Positions 34,830 through 45,082 of a DNA stretch of 64,000 nt are shown here, piece by piece (the stretch's first letter is position 1; each line of letters starts with the position of its first letter). Source of the stretch: an uncultured Candidatus Saccharibacteria bacterium (GTDB lineage Bacteria; Patescibacteriota; Minisyncoccia; Portnoybacterales; UBA2143). The stretch covers positions 37,387-101,386 of the forward strand of contig CAYPQZ010000008.1 in assembly GCA_964413015.1 (NCBI GenBank). The letters run 5' to 3'. A model generated the notes under the pieces. It was not told the DNA's origin, ran no database searches, and saw only the letters and a list, made by a program, of their open reading frames with translations. The position numbers and the translations under genes are program-made.

Positions 34830-36722
34830 ATGCCTAAAAAGCTTAAGAAACTTAAGGAACTTGAGGAATTAAGAAAAAAGCTTTATAAGCCAGAATCCAA
34901 ATTTAGAGAGCGTTTGGAAACACCGGAAATGTTTCGGGCCGGCGAAGAGACGGAAAAAATTTCTTCAGAAAAATTTTCCCAAGAAGTTCCCCGAAAAAAA
35001 TTATCAGAAAAGCAGAAAGAATATCTGCGCTGGGTTTTAGTTTCTTCAGGCGCGGTTTTTTTAATCGTTGTCGGATTTATGATTTGGCATGGCCTGACTT
35101 CATTTGACAAAGACAAAGTCATTTTGAGGATTCAAGGGTCGGATGGGATAGCCAGCGGCGACGAAGTAACTTATATTGTAAAATATAAAAACGAGACCAG
35201 ACTGACTTTAGAGGATGTCAAATTAGTTTTCCATTATCCGGAGGGGTCAATCCCGACAGATACGGAAAATCTTACAGAAACTTGTGAACTGCCTAATTTG
35301 AAACCTGGCCAGGAAAATCAAGTTGAGTTTCCGGCAATAGTCATTGGCTTGAAAAAAGAGAACAGAAACGTTCGGGCAGAATTAAGTTATCGACCGGGGA
35401 AAATTAGTTCCCGATTTGCTAATCAAGCTGAATTTTCCACAGAAATAATTTCAGTGCCTCTGACAGTTGATCTTGAAATGCCTGAAAAATTAGTTAGCGG
35501 ACAATCTTTCAATTTTATTATAAGATATTCAAATGAATCAAGAACCATTTTTGACAATTTACAAATTAGGATTGATTACCCTGACGGATTTAATTTAACA
35601 TCGTCTGACCCTGATCCTCTGGAGGAAGGCAGAATTTGGCAAATCGGCGAATTAAGAGCTAAAGATGATGGGGAAATTTTTATTAAAGGTTCTGTCCAAG
35701 GAGAGCAAAACGAAATGAAATCTTTTAAGGCGCAAATCGGGATTCTTGAAAATGACCAATTTATTGGTTATTCTGAAATAGTCGATTCTTTTAAAATCTC
35801 CGCTTCTCCTTTATTTATTAGTCAGACTGTCAATGGGTCAAAAGAATATATTGCTAAAGCTGGCGAGATTTTGAAATATCAGATTGATTATCAGAATACT
35901 ACTAACGTCGGCATTAAGAATGTAGTTATTACTGCGAAATTAGAAGGCGATGCTTTAGATTTAACCAAATTAAAATTAGAAGGAGCATCTTTTGACGGAA
36001 CAAGCCAAACAATAGTTTGGAATGCCGGCAATGTTCCGCAACTGGCTTTTCTAGACCATTATCAAAAGGGTAAACTTTATTTTTTAGTTAATGTTAAGGA
36101 ACCTCTGCCTATTCAAGAATACGCTGATAAAAATTTCTCTATAATTAATGAAGTCAAAATAGATTCTTCAGAAACGCCCGATGTTCTAAAAGATATTCAG
36201 ATTTCCGGGCAAAGCAAAATGACCACTAAAGTTGCCAGCCAGTTAAGCATTCAGGCTGAAGGATATTTTAATGATGATTTAATAAGCAACAGCGGGCCGA
36301 TTCCTCCCAAGGTCGGACAAACAACCACTTATACAATTAAATGGCGGATGACAAATACGGCTAATGATTTAAACGATGTAGAAGTTAAGGCATTTTTACC
36401 TCCTCACGTTCATTGGAACAACAAAATTGTTCCGGCAGATTCTGATTTGAAGTATAATTCACAAACCGGTCAGGTTGTCTGGAAAGTTGGGGATTTACCG
36501 TCTGCTACCGGTATTCTTTTGCCAGCTAGACAGACGGCTTTCCAGATATCGGTGACTCCCGGAACAGCTCATCTTGGCAAGTCAATGGAATTAATTGGCC
36601 AATCTACAGCGACCGGTTATGACAGTTTTGTTGATTTAGAATTAAGCAGTTCAGACATAATTATTGATACAAAATTACCTGATGATTTAACTCTTAAACA
36701 AGACGGCAGAGTAGAAGAGTAA
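34830..36722 (+). CDS. Membrane-anchored surface protein with DUF11-type repeat (beta-sandwich) domains
   Basis: 630 aa with a charged N-terminal cytoplasmic tail, one TM (VLVSSGAVFLIVVGFMIW), then repeated modules resembling DUF11/conserved repeat domain (GEILKYQIDYQNTTNVGIKNVVITAKL). Confidence 0.5.
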   Translation: MPKKLKKLKELEELRKKLYKPESKFRERLETPEMFRAGEETEKISSEKFSQEVPRKKLSEKQKEYLRWVLVSSGAVFLIVVGFMIWHGLTSFDKDKVILRIQGSDGIASGDEVTYIVKYKNETRLTLEDVKLVFHYPEGSIPTDTENLTETCELPNLKPGQENQVEFPAIVIGLKKENRNVRAELSYRPGKISSRFANQAEFSTEIISVPLTVDLEMPEKLVSGQSFNFIIRYSNESRTIFDNLQIRIDYPDGFNLTSSDPDPLEEGRIWQIGELRAKDDGEIFIKGSVQGEQNEMKSFKAQIGILENDQFIGYSEIVDSFKISASPLFISQTVNGSKEYIAKAGEILKYQIDYQNTTNVGIKNVVITAKLEGDALDLTKLKLEGASFDGTSQTIVWNAGNVPQLAFLDHYQKGKLYFLVNVKEPLPIQEYADKNFSIINEVKIDSSETPDVLKDIQISGQSKMTTKVASQLSIQAEGYFNDDLISNSGPIPPKVGQTTTYTIKWRMTNTANDLNDVEVKAFLPPHVHWNNKIVPADSDLKYNSQTGQVVWKVGDLPSATGILLPARQTAFQISVTPGTAHLGKSMELIGQSTATGYDSFVDLELSSSDIIIDTKLPDDLTLKQDGRVEE

Positions 36723-36737
36723 TCTAAATTAAGAATT

Positions 36738-38069
36738 ATGGCGACTATGGAAAAAATTATATCACTTTGCAAAAGACGAGGATTGATTGCCCCCTCCAGT
36801 GAAATCTATGGCGGTTTTGAAAGCTGTTATGATTATGGCTTTCTGGGAACCTTGTTAAAAAATAATATTAAACAGAATTGGTGGAAGTCAATGACTCAAT
36901 ATCGTTCCGATATTGTCGGTTTAGACGCCAGTATTTTAATGTCGCCGAAGGTCTGGCAGGCCTCGGGCCATTTAACGGCCGGTTTTTCTGACCCGCTGGT
37001 TGAGTGTAAAAATTGTCATCATCGTTTTCGCAAAGATTATCTCAAAAGTGACAAATGCCCGGATTGCGGTGGAGAACTGACCCAGGAAAAGAAATTTAAT
37101 TTAATGATGAAAACTTTTGTCGGACCCCTGGAAGACGAGGCGGCCGTTGCCTATTTGAGAGGAGAAACCTGCCAGGGGATTTATATGAATTATCAATTTA
37201 TGAAAGAAACAATGCGCCTGAAAGTTCCTTTCGGCATTGCCCAAATCGGTAAGGCCTTTCGCAATGAGATTACCTGCCGCTATTTTATTTTTAAAATGAG
37301 AGAATTTGAGCAAATGGAGATGCAGTATTTTGTTAAACCAGACGAGAAAGAAAAAGAGAAAATATTTAATTATTGGCAGAAAGAGAGAATGAATTGGTAT
37401 TCAAGCTTAGGAATTAAAAAAGAAAATTTGCGTTTTCGCGAGCATCAAAAAAATGAACTAGCTCATTATGCCAAAAGGGCGGTGGATATAGAATATAAAT
37501 TTCCTTGGGGATTTGATGAAATAGAGGGGATTCACGACCGAGGAGATTGGGATTTATCTAATCACAGTCAGCACAGCGGACAGGACTTAAGCTATTATGA
37601 CGATTCAACTAAAAAGAAATTTATCCCTCACATTATTGAAACATCGGCTGGAGCGGACCGTAATTTTTTAGCTTTTCTAATTGACGCTTACGATGAAGTG
37701 GCCGGTGGCCGGACCAAGACAACCGAAGCCAATAAAGCCACTGAAATTGTTTTGCGTTTGGATAAAAAAATAGCTCCGATAAAATTAGCTGTTTTGCCCT
37801 TAGTTAAAAATAAAAAAGAAATTATTGAAAAAGCGAAACAAGTTTATGATTCGCTTAAATTTAAATGGACGGTTCAATATGATGAGGGAGGTTCAATCGG
37901 CCGGCGCTATCGCCGTCAGGATGAAATCGGGACGCCTGTTTGTTTGACGATTGATTTTGATAGCTTAAAAAACGATGATTTAACAGTCCGTGACCGTGAT
38001 ACTATGGAACAAAAAAGAGTCAAAATCAAAGAATTAAAAGATTATTTAAAGGAGAAGATTGATGTATAA
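36738..38069 (+). CDS. glyQS: Glycyl-tRNA synthetase (class II, alpha2 type)
   Basis: 443 aa with an N-terminus IISLCKRRGLIAPSSEIYGGFESCYDYGFLG typical of dimeric GlyRS, class II motifs and a C-terminal anticodon-binding domain. Confidence 0.9.
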   Translation: MATMEKIISLCKRRGLIAPSSEIYGGFESCYDYGFLGTLLKNNIKQNWWKSMTQYRSDIVGLDASILMSPKVWQASGHLTAGFSDPLVECKNCHHRFRKDYLKSDKCPDCGGELTQEKKFNLMMKTFVGPLEDEAAVAYLRGETCQGIYMNYQFMKETMRLKVPFGIAQIGKAFRNEITCRYFIFKMREFEQMEMQYFVKPDEKEKEKIFNYWQKERMNWYSSLGIKKENLRFREHQKNELAHYAKRAVDIEYKFPWGFDEIEGIHDRGDWDLSNHSQHSGQDLSYYDDSTKKKFIPHIIETSAGADRNFLAFLIDAYDEVAGGRTKTTEANKATEIVLRLDKKIAPIKLAVLPLVKNKKEIIEKAKQVYDSLKFKWTVQYDEGGSIGRRYRRQDEIGTPVCLTIDFDSLKNDDLTVRDRDTMEQKRVKIKELKDYLKEKIDV

Positions 38070-39327
38070 AAAAACGGAACTAGGCAATGGCCTTAGAATT
38101 ATTACCGTGCCGGTCAAGAATACCAAAACTGCGGCGGTTCTGTTATTAGTTGGCGCCGGCTCTAAGTATGAAACCAAGGAAATTAATGGATTGTCCCATT
38201 TCTTGGAGCATATGTTTTTCAAAGGGACTCAGAAACGTCCGAATACCTTAAAGCTAATTGAGCCCTTGGATAAGATTGGCGGCGTTTATAATGCCTTTAC
38301 CAGCCAGGAATATACTGGTTATTGGGCCAAGGTTGGCGCAAAACATTTGGATTTGGCTTTAGATTGGGTGTCTGATATTTATTTAAATTCAAAAATAGCC
38401 CAGGGAGAAATAAACAGGGAAAAAGGAACAATTCTTCAGGAACTCAATATGTGTTTAGATAATCCGTCACGTTATGTCCAGGATATTTGGCTTGAGCTTT
38501 TATACGGAGACCAGCCAGCCGGCTGGCAAATAATCGGCACTAAAAAATTGATTCAAAACGCTAAACGGGCTCAATTCATTAAATATTTAAAAGAGCATTA
38601 TTCTTCAAGAAATACAATTATTGCGGTGGCCGGGCAGATTAATCCCTCTTCAGTAGTAAAAAAGATAGAAAAATATTTCAGACCGATTAATACTCGGGAA
38701 AATCTGGACAAACTGCCGGTAGTAGAAAAACAGAATCGTCCGCGGTCCTTAATTTATTACAAAAAAACAGACCAAACCCATCTTAATTTGGGAGTCCGCG
38801 CCTATAATATTTTTAATTCAGACAAATATGCTCTGGGTTTGTTGGGAATAATCTTAGGCGGCAATATGAGTTCCCGCTTGTTTATTTCCGTCCGAGAAAG
38901 GCAAGGCTTAGCTTACCATATCAGCACCGGCGTTGATACGGATACTGATGTTGGATTCTTATCCACCTATGCCGGAGTAGATAATCAAAAAGTGGAAAAG
39001 GCAATTCGGACGATTCTTCAGGAATATAGTAAAATAGCTCAAATAAAAATTAGCCCGGCCGAATTAAAAAAAGCCAAGGACTTTATCAAAGGAACGTCTC
39101 TTATCAGCATGGAATCATCAGACCAGCAGGCCTCTTTTTACTGCATGCAAGAGCTTTTGACTAACCAAATTTTGACTTTAGAGCAGAAATTCGCTAAAAT
39201 TGATGAAGTTACAGTCGAGGACATCCAAAGGGTCTCTCGAGATATTTTCCAGCCAGCCAAGCTTAATTTGGCTCTAATCGGCCCATTTAAAGACAAAAAA
39301 AAGTTTGAGAAATTATTAAAAATATGA
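38059..39327 (+). CDS. M16 family zinc metallopeptidase (pitrilysin/insulinase-like)
   Basis: 422 aa with the inverted zincin motif HFLEHMFFKGT and a downstream Glu region, i.e. the M16 architecture. Confidence 0.8.
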   Translation: MMYKKTELGNGLRIITVPVKNTKTAAVLLLVGAGSKYETKEINGLSHFLEHMFFKGTQKRPNTLKLIEPLDKIGGVYNAFTSQEYTGYWAKVGAKHLDLALDWVSDIYLNSKIAQGEINREKGTILQELNMCLDNPSRYVQDIWLELLYGDQPAGWQIIGTKKLIQNAKRAQFIKYLKEHYSSRNTIIAVAGQINPSSVVKKIEKYFRPINTRENLDKLPVVEKQNRPRSLIYYKKTDQTHLNLGVRAYNIFNSDKYALGLLGIILGGNMSSRLFISVRERQGLAYHISTGVDTDTDVGFLSTYAGVDNQKVEKAIRTILQEYSKIAQIKISPAELKKAKDFIKGTSLISMESSDQQASFYCMQELLTNQILTLEQKFAKIDEVTVEDIQRVSRDIFQPAKLNLALIGPFKDKKKFEKLLKI

Positions 39328-40337
39328 ACCAGTCCCAAACAATCAATATTTCCGTTTCAACTATTTTCCGGACCATTTTAATTTTATTGGCGCTGGTTTT
39401 TTTGTATCTGATTAGGGATATTCTGATGGTTGTTTTTATCTCGATAGTTATTGCTGCGGCTATTAACGCGCCGGTTAGTTGGTTGCAAAGACATAAAACG
39501 CCCCGTCTTTTAGGAGTTATCTTTATTTATTTAATCCTTTTCCTTATGATTGGCTTGATTATCACGCTAATTTTCCCTCCGCTATCTGAGCAAATCAGGC
39601 AATTGGCTGTTGTTTTTCCCGAACTTACAGGGAAAATAGGATTAAGCATCCAGCAATGGTGGGGCGAATATAATGCTCAAGGGAGTCTGCAGGAATTATT
39701 CAGCAATATCAGCGATAAACTGGCCCAGGCCGCTTCAAGTGCTTTCCAGACAACCGTCAGCTTTTTCGGAGGATTATTCTCGGCCATTATTATTTTAGTA
39801 ATATCTTTTTATCTATCGGTTCAGGAAAAAGGAGCTAAGAAGTTTTTAATTTCCTTAACTCCTGATGAACATAGAACCTATGTTTCGGGCCTGATTGAAC
39901 GGATTGAGGGCAAAATCGGAGGATGGTTTAGAGGACAGCTTCTCTTGATGTTGATTATCGGTTGTTTAGTTTTTATCGGCCTTTATTTCTTAGGTATAAA
40001 ATATGCTTTGATGCTGGCCTTAGTGGCTGCTGTTTTAGAAATTGTCCCCTATATCGGCCCTATTTTAGCCGCTATCCCAGCCGTTATTTTAGGCTTTTCC
40101 CAGTCGCCTCTGATGGCTCTATTAGTCATCATCCTTTACATAGTAATCCAGCAACTGGAAAATTACGCCATTGTTCCGCAGGTTATGAAAAAAACAGTCG
40201 GTTTGAATCCGGTGGTGATCATTGTTGTTATGCTGATTGGCGCCAAATTAGCCGGGATTTTAGGGATAATTTTAGCGGTTCCTTTGGCAGCCGCCATCGC
40301 CGAGTTTTTAAAAGATTTTAGAGAGAAAGAGGCCTAA
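39324..40337 (+). CDS. AI-2E family transporter (PerM/YdiK/TqsA-like)
   Basis: 337 aa with about 8 TM and the conserved C-terminal region of the AI-2E family (IVPYIGPILAAIPAVILGF). Confidence 0.7.
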   Translation: MNQSQTINISVSTIFRTILILLALVFLYLIRDILMVVFISIVIAAAINAPVSWLQRHKTPRLLGVIFIYLILFLMIGLIITLIFPPLSEQIRQLAVVFPELTGKIGLSIQQWWGEYNAQGSLQELFSNISDKLAQAASSAFQTTVSFFGGLFSAIIILVISFYLSVQEKGAKKFLISLTPDEHRTYVSGLIERIEGKIGGWFRGQLLLMLIIGCLVFIGLYFLGIKYALMLALVAAVLEIVPYIGPILAAIPAVILGFSQSPLMALLVIILYIVIQQLENYAIVPQVMKKTVGLNPVVIIVVMLIGAKLAGILGIILAVPLAAAIAEFLKDFREKEA

Positions 40338-40341
40338 AATT

Positions 40342-41007
40342 ATGTCTGTTTTGTATATTATAGCTACCCCCATTGGCAACCTTGGGGATTTTTCTTTAAG
40401 AGGGCTGGAGATTTTAAGACAGATTGATTTGATTCTTTGCGAAGATACCCGAATAACCAAAAAACTGTTGAACCATTACAAAATTTCCAAGCCAACCATT
40501 AGCTACCATCAGCACAGTAAATTAAGCAAAGTTGAATATATTTTAGAACAGCTAAAAAAGGGCAAAAATTTAGCCTTGGTTTCGGATGCTGGCACGCCCT
40601 GTATTAGCGATCCCGGGGCAAAATTAATTAGTTATTTATCCAAAAAATTGCCTGATTTGAAAATTGTTCCGATACCCGGCCCGTCGGCCTTAATCACGGC
40701 TTTGAGTATTTCCGGCTTGCCGGCTGATAAATTTGTTTTTTTGGGCTTTCCGCCAATTAAGAAAAAAAGAAAGCAGTTTTTTAAAGAAATTGCTGATTCA
40801 AAATATACGGTTGTCTTTTATGAATCCTGCCATCGGATTATCAAAACCTTGAAGGAATTAAATCCGCAATTAGAAATTGTCGTTTGCCGTGAATTGACCA
40901 AGAAATTTGAAACTATTTACCGCGGCCGAGCTGAAGACGTTATTGAACAAATTAAAACTCCCAAAGGCGAATTTGTAGTAGTCGTTGGTAAAAAAGAACA
41001 TGTCTAA
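40342..41007 (+). CDS. rsmI: 16S rRNA (cytidine1402-2'-O)-methyltransferase RsmI
   Basis: 221 aa with the tetrapyrrole-methylase fold motif LYIIATPIGNLGDFSLRGLEILRQIDLILCEDTR. Confidence 0.85.
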   Translation: MSVLYIIATPIGNLGDFSLRGLEILRQIDLILCEDTRITKKLLNHYKISKPTISYHQHSKLSKVEYILEQLKKGKNLALVSDAGTPCISDPGAKLISYLSKKLPDLKIVPIPGPSALITALSISGLPADKFVFLGFPPIKKKRKQFFKEIADSKYTVVFYESCHRIIKTLKELNPQLEIVVCRELTKKFETIYRGRAEDVIEQIKTPKGEFVVVVGKKEHV

Positions 41008-42427
41008 GAAATTTTATTTAACTACTCCTATTTATTATACCAACCAGCCGCCGCACATCGGCACGGCTTATACTACGGTGGCGGCTGATGTCTTGGCGCG
41101 CTATCATCGCCAGCAAGGCGACAAAGTTTTCTTTTTGACCGGGACTGATGAACACGGAGAAAAAATTGCCCAAGCCGCCGATAAAACCGGCCAAACGCCA
41201 CGGGAATTTGTTGATGGAATAACTGAAAAATTCAAATTAGCCTGGGAAAAGCTGAATATCCAATACGATGATTTTATCAGGACAACTGACGAGCGGCATA
41301 AAAAAGGGGTGGCCAAGTTTTTAACTAAACTTAAAGATAACGGGAAGGTCTATCAAGATGAATACAAGGCCTTATACTGCACCGGCTGTGAAGATTTCAT
41401 TTTCAAAAAAGATTTAGTTGACGGTAAATGCCCTTATCATAAAACGAAACCCGAATTAATTTCAGAGACCAACTATTTTTTCAAATTAAAGGATTTTCTT
41501 CCTCGAGTAAAAGAGTTGATTGAGAAAAATGAGATTGTAATTGAACCGGCAGAGCGAAAAAAAGAAGTTTTGTCTTTACTAAAACAAGATTTGGGCAATC
41601 TTTCCATTTCGCGGCAAAAAGTATCCTGGGGAATTGACCTTCCCTTTGACCAGAAACAAAAAATTTATGTTTGGGTGGAAGCTCTCCAAAACTACATCAC
41701 TGCTATTGGCTATGAAAACAATCCCAAACAGTTTAAAGAATTCTGGCCGGCTGATTTGCATTTAATCGCTAAAGACATTGTTAAATTCCATGCTATTTTC
41801 TGGCCGGCTTTGCTCTTAGCGACAGGATTGGAACTGCCGAAGAAAATATTTGTCCACGGCTTTTTTACGATTGAAGGGCAAAAAATGAGCAAAACTCTGG
41901 GAAATATTATTGATCCGATTTATTTAGTTGATAAATACGGAGCCGATCCGGTCAGATATTTTCTTTTACGGGAAATTTCTTTTGGCCAGGACGGGGATTT
42001 TTCCATTAAGCGGCTGGAAGAAAGATATAACGCGGATTTGGCTAATGGTTTGGGCAATTTAGTTAGCCGGGTCCTGGCTCTGTCAGAGAAGAATAAACCG
42101 GTTCAATCAGGAAATAATCAGTTGGCTGAACAAATTAAACTTACTCAAAAAAAATACCAGCAAGCCATGGCGGAAATTAAGCTGAATGAATGCCTGGAAG
42201 CGGTTTGGCAATTAATTAGCGCCAGTGACGAGCTTGTTGACCGGAATAAAATTTGGGAATTAGTTAAAACTAATGCTCAAAAAGCCAATCAGTTATTAGG
42301 AGCGCTTTTAGAAACACTAAAAGAGATTGCTAATTTATTAGAACCCTTTATGCCGGATACGGCGGAGAAAATAGAGATTCAAGTTGAACAAAACAAAAAA
42401 ACCGAGGGCTTATTCCCAAGGTTGTAG
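41000..42427 (+). CDS. metG: Methionyl-tRNA synthetase (minimal form)
   Basis: HIGH (PPHIGTAYTTV), a zinc knuckle region (CTGCEDF...CPYH) and KMSKS (QKMSKTLGN). The ATG at 41000 overlaps the rsmI stop. The ORF-track start 40985 is an upstream non-ATG. Confidence 0.9.
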   Translation: MSKKFYLTTPIYYTNQPPHIGTAYTTVAADVLARYHRQQGDKVFFLTGTDEHGEKIAQAADKTGQTPREFVDGITEKFKLAWEKLNIQYDDFIRTTDERHKKGVAKFLTKLKDNGKVYQDEYKALYCTGCEDFIFKKDLVDGKCPYHKTKPELISETNYFFKLKDFLPRVKELIEKNEIVIEPAERKKEVLSLLKQDLGNLSISRQKVSWGIDLPFDQKQKIYVWVEALQNYITAIGYENNPKQFKEFWPADLHLIAKDIVKFHAIFWPALLLATGLELPKKIFVHGFFTIEGQKMSKTLGNIIDPIYLVDKYGADPVRYFLLREISFGQDGDFSIKRLEERYNADLANGLGNLVSRVLALSEKNKPVQSGNNQLAEQIKLTQKKYQQAMAEIKLNECLEAVWQLISASDELVDRNKIWELVKTNAQKANQLLGALLETLKEIANLLEPFMPDTAEKIEIQVEQNKKTEGLFPRL

Positions 42428-42435
42428 ACAATAAT

Positions 42436-42575
42436 CAAAAGACAGTCCTTATTTGTTTGCCCCTTGTCAAAATTTAAGGAGTCGTCCTTTTCCTCCAGAG
42501 GCGGACAGGCGGACACGCCCTTCGCCTTCGGCGAAGGGACGTGATCCTCAATGACAATCCTTAAATTTTTTAAAG
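42436..42575. repeat. Composite palindromic repeat (partial P' + module A', right copy, inverted relative to 34021..34211)
   Basis: The reverse complement of 42461..42575 matches 34021..34139 with a handful of substitutions, including a change that converts a U-G wobble into a perfect 9-bp stem (CCCTTCGCCGAAGGCGAAGGG). Confidence 0.7.
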
Positions 42576-42631
42576 AATGGTGATTAGAACAACTTGAAAA
42601 TAGGTTTGGGATAAGGTATCATAATTTAAGC

Positions 42632-43495
42632 ATGTCTAAGCCTTTTTTAATTGACAGTCACTCCCATGTTAATTTTAACGTTTATAAAGACGACGGCCAT
42701 GAAGTAATCAAGCGGACTTTAGAAGAGAACATCTGGATAGTTAATGTTGGCGTTCAATACAGTACCAGCCAACGAGCGGTTGAATATGCGAAAAAATATT
42801 CCGAGGGAGTTTACGCGGCTGTAGGTATCCATCCCAGCCATATTTGCCTGGATAATTTAGAACAGGACAAAGGCGCTCGAGAAGAAAGTCGGGAGCTGGA
42901 AGAATTCGACTCGGAAAAGTACAGAGAATTATTGGCTAATCCGAAAACCGTGGCGATGGGAGAAATCGGTTTGGAATACGGCGATGGAATCAGCCAAGAA
43001 GCTAGAGATAAGCAAAAGCAGGTTTTGCTGGAACAATTGGAATTAGTCCAGCAAATGGATAAGCCAGTTATTTTCCACTGCCGCAAGGCCTACGAGGATT
43101 TAATTGAAATTTTAGAATGTCTATCAAACAAATGCGCCGGTTGTCCGTTTAATTGTCCCGACGCCGAAGGCAAGAAAATTAGGGGAGTGCTTCACTGTTT
43201 TATGGGACGCTGGTCGCAGGCCAAAAGATTAATGGCCATGGGTTTTTATTTCGGTTTTAACGGTCTAATCACTTACGCCCGTGATTATGATAAAGTGATT
43301 AAGAATTTGCCTCTGGACAGAATCTTATTGGAAACTGACTGTCCTTACTTGACCCCGGTTCCTCATCGAGGCGAACGGAACGAACCCTTAAACATCAAAT
43401 ACGTGGCTGAAAAAATTGCTGAGCTTAAAAGAACAAAATTAGAAGAAGTCGCTGAACAAACGACTAAGAATGCAAAAAAGTTGTTTAGAGTTTAA
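42632..43495 (+). CDS. tatD: TatD family metal-dependent DNase/hydrolase
   Basis: 287 aa with an N-terminal LIDSHSHVNF (HxH), downstream His/Glu/Asp ligands and a cysteine-rich insertion. Confidence 0.85.
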   Translation: MSKPFLIDSHSHVNFNVYKDDGHEVIKRTLEENIWIVNVGVQYSTSQRAVEYAKKYSEGVYAAVGIHPSHICLDNLEQDKGAREESRELEEFDSEKYRELLANPKTVAMGEIGLEYGDGISQEARDKQKQVLLEQLELVQQMDKPVIFHCRKAYEDLIEILECLSNKCAGCPFNCPDAEGKKIRGVLHCFMGRWSQAKRLMAMGFYFGFNGLITYARDYDKVIKNLPLDRILLETDCPYLTPVPHRGERNEPLNIKYVAEKIAELKRTKLEEVAEQTTKNAKKLFRV

Positions 43496-43526
43496 TTATG
43501 TAGTTATTTTTATGCGTAAATGCAAT

Positions 43527-43559
43527 AAATCCGATGATAGTTCATCGGATTTATTTTTC
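43527..43559 (+). terminator. Rho-independent terminator downstream of tatD
   Basis: AAATCCGATGA-TAG-TTCATCGGATTT hairpin followed by TATTTTTCT. Confidence 0.6.
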
Positions 43560-43777
43560 TGATAACATTGCGATTAAGAGAAATTCCGAGCTTAGTGAGG
43601 AATTTAAGCGAAACTAGGCGCAATGTTCTTCAGTTAGGGGTTGATTTTTAGCGCAACGTTTGGCGAAGCCAGGAAAATCAAAATCTTCGCATCTGTGTTT
43701 TATTTAGGGATTATTATTACCTTTTACTTCTTTTCTCTAAAAGAAGAGAATTAAATAATATTTTCTTGGGTGGGAAT

Positions 43778-45082
43778 TTATTGCTGGGTTGGATTAATAA
43801 CTTTTCCCATAAACAGAATATTCCCTGTTTCTATTTCCTGAATTATAAAAATAAATGGGTGATCTGCTCTAAAGACATTTCTTGGCATAACGCTTCCAAC
43901 CATTCCAACGCCAGTAGCTGCTGCGGCTTCTGTCCCTTTTTCATCAACTTTAACATAAGCTTGATGGATTACAAAATCAATCCACATTTTTTCCGCTGTG
44001 GCCATTCCAGAAAAATCAGCGTTATTTGGATCAAACGCCATTGACATTCCTAAGGCTTTTAAATTTTCATTTAAAGTATATTTTGTTTCAAATTCAAATT
44101 TTGGAAGCGAGATTGAACCTAGCTTTGTTTCTTCCATTTGTAATTTATATTCGTCAAGTTTCTCGGCAGACAATTCTATATCTTCAAGCGTATAATCAGA
44201 AATAATTTGTTCTCCGGTTTCAGAATCATAATCTTCTCCTTGCTTTGGCAATAATATTAACATAGAAATATCTTCACCTTTATAAGGAAGTTCCAAAATT
44301 TGCAATTTTCCTATATCGGCATAATTAAATTTTGCTTTATCAGGAGCCATATACATCATGGGGGTTTTTATAATATTGGTTGGCGTTATTTTAAAGTCTT
44401 GGTCGCAAGTGTCGGCTTTATCAAATTCCCATTCCCAAGTTCCTTTAAAATAAATAGCATTAGTAAGAATCAATCTTACCATTTCATTGATAAATCCTTT
44501 CGGAATGAAGTCTTTGATTTTATTATTAGTTTGCTCTTCTATAAAGCTATTAATTGTTTGCCTTGATTTTTCTGTCTCTCCAGCAAAATCCAAATTTGCT
44601 ACTTTGCCGCCATAATATTTTTCAACTTTGCTTATATAATCTTCAAGGAAAGGGTAATCCTGCTGAGCCCACAAAGCATTACCCGTCCTTAATTCATAGT
44701 CTTTTTCGCTTTCATTGATATCATTATAGATTGAGGCAAAATTAGGTCTTAATGTACTAATTTCTGGGAAGCGAAAAACAGACTTCATTTCATCAGCTGT
44801 TTGTCCTTTGGCGCCCTCATAAGTCATTGCTAAAGCAGCAGAAATGCTATAAGGTGAATAAAATATATTTTCATCTTGCGCTTTGTTTAATTCTGAATAG
44901 AGTTCAAAAGCAAATTGATTATTAGCATTTGCTATCTCTTGGATGCCTTGTTGCGTTGAATCAGTATCATCTGCATATGGCGGTTGCTTTGGTTCATAAG
45001 GAGAAGGGAACAATACTGCGGCAACTGTTGCTACAGCGACTGTAAGGAGCGCTATCACGATTATTAAAATTTTTTTGTTCAT
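43778..45082 (-). CDS. Secreted serpin (serine protease inhibitor)
   Basis: The signal peptide MNKKILIIVIALLTVAVATVAAV fits the start at 45082 (the ORF-track start is 18 nt upstream). It has serpin motifs NAIYFKGTWEWEF and C-terminal FRADHPFIFIIQE..GNILFMGKV (hinge/RCL region). Confidence 0.8.
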   Translation of the reverse strand: MNKKILIIVIALLTVAVATVAAVLFPSPYEPKQPPYADDTDSTQQGIQEIANANNQFAFELYSELNKAQDENIFYSPYSISAALAMTYEGAKGQTADEMKSVFRFPEISTLRPNFASIYNDINESEKDYELRTGNALWAQQDYPFLEDYISKVEKYYGGKVANLDFAGETEKSRQTINSFIEEQTNNKIKDFIPKGFINEMVRLILTNAIYFKGTWEWEFDKADTCDQDFKITPTNIIKTPMMYMAPDKAKFNYADIGKLQILELPYKGEDISMLILLPKQGEDYDSETGEQIISDYTLEDIELSAEKLDEYKLQMEETKLGSISLPKFEFETKYTLNENLKALGMSMAFDPNNADFSGMATAEKMWIDFVIHQAYVKVDEKGTEAAAATGVGMVGSVMPRNVFRADHPFIFIIQEIETGNILFMGKVINPTQQ

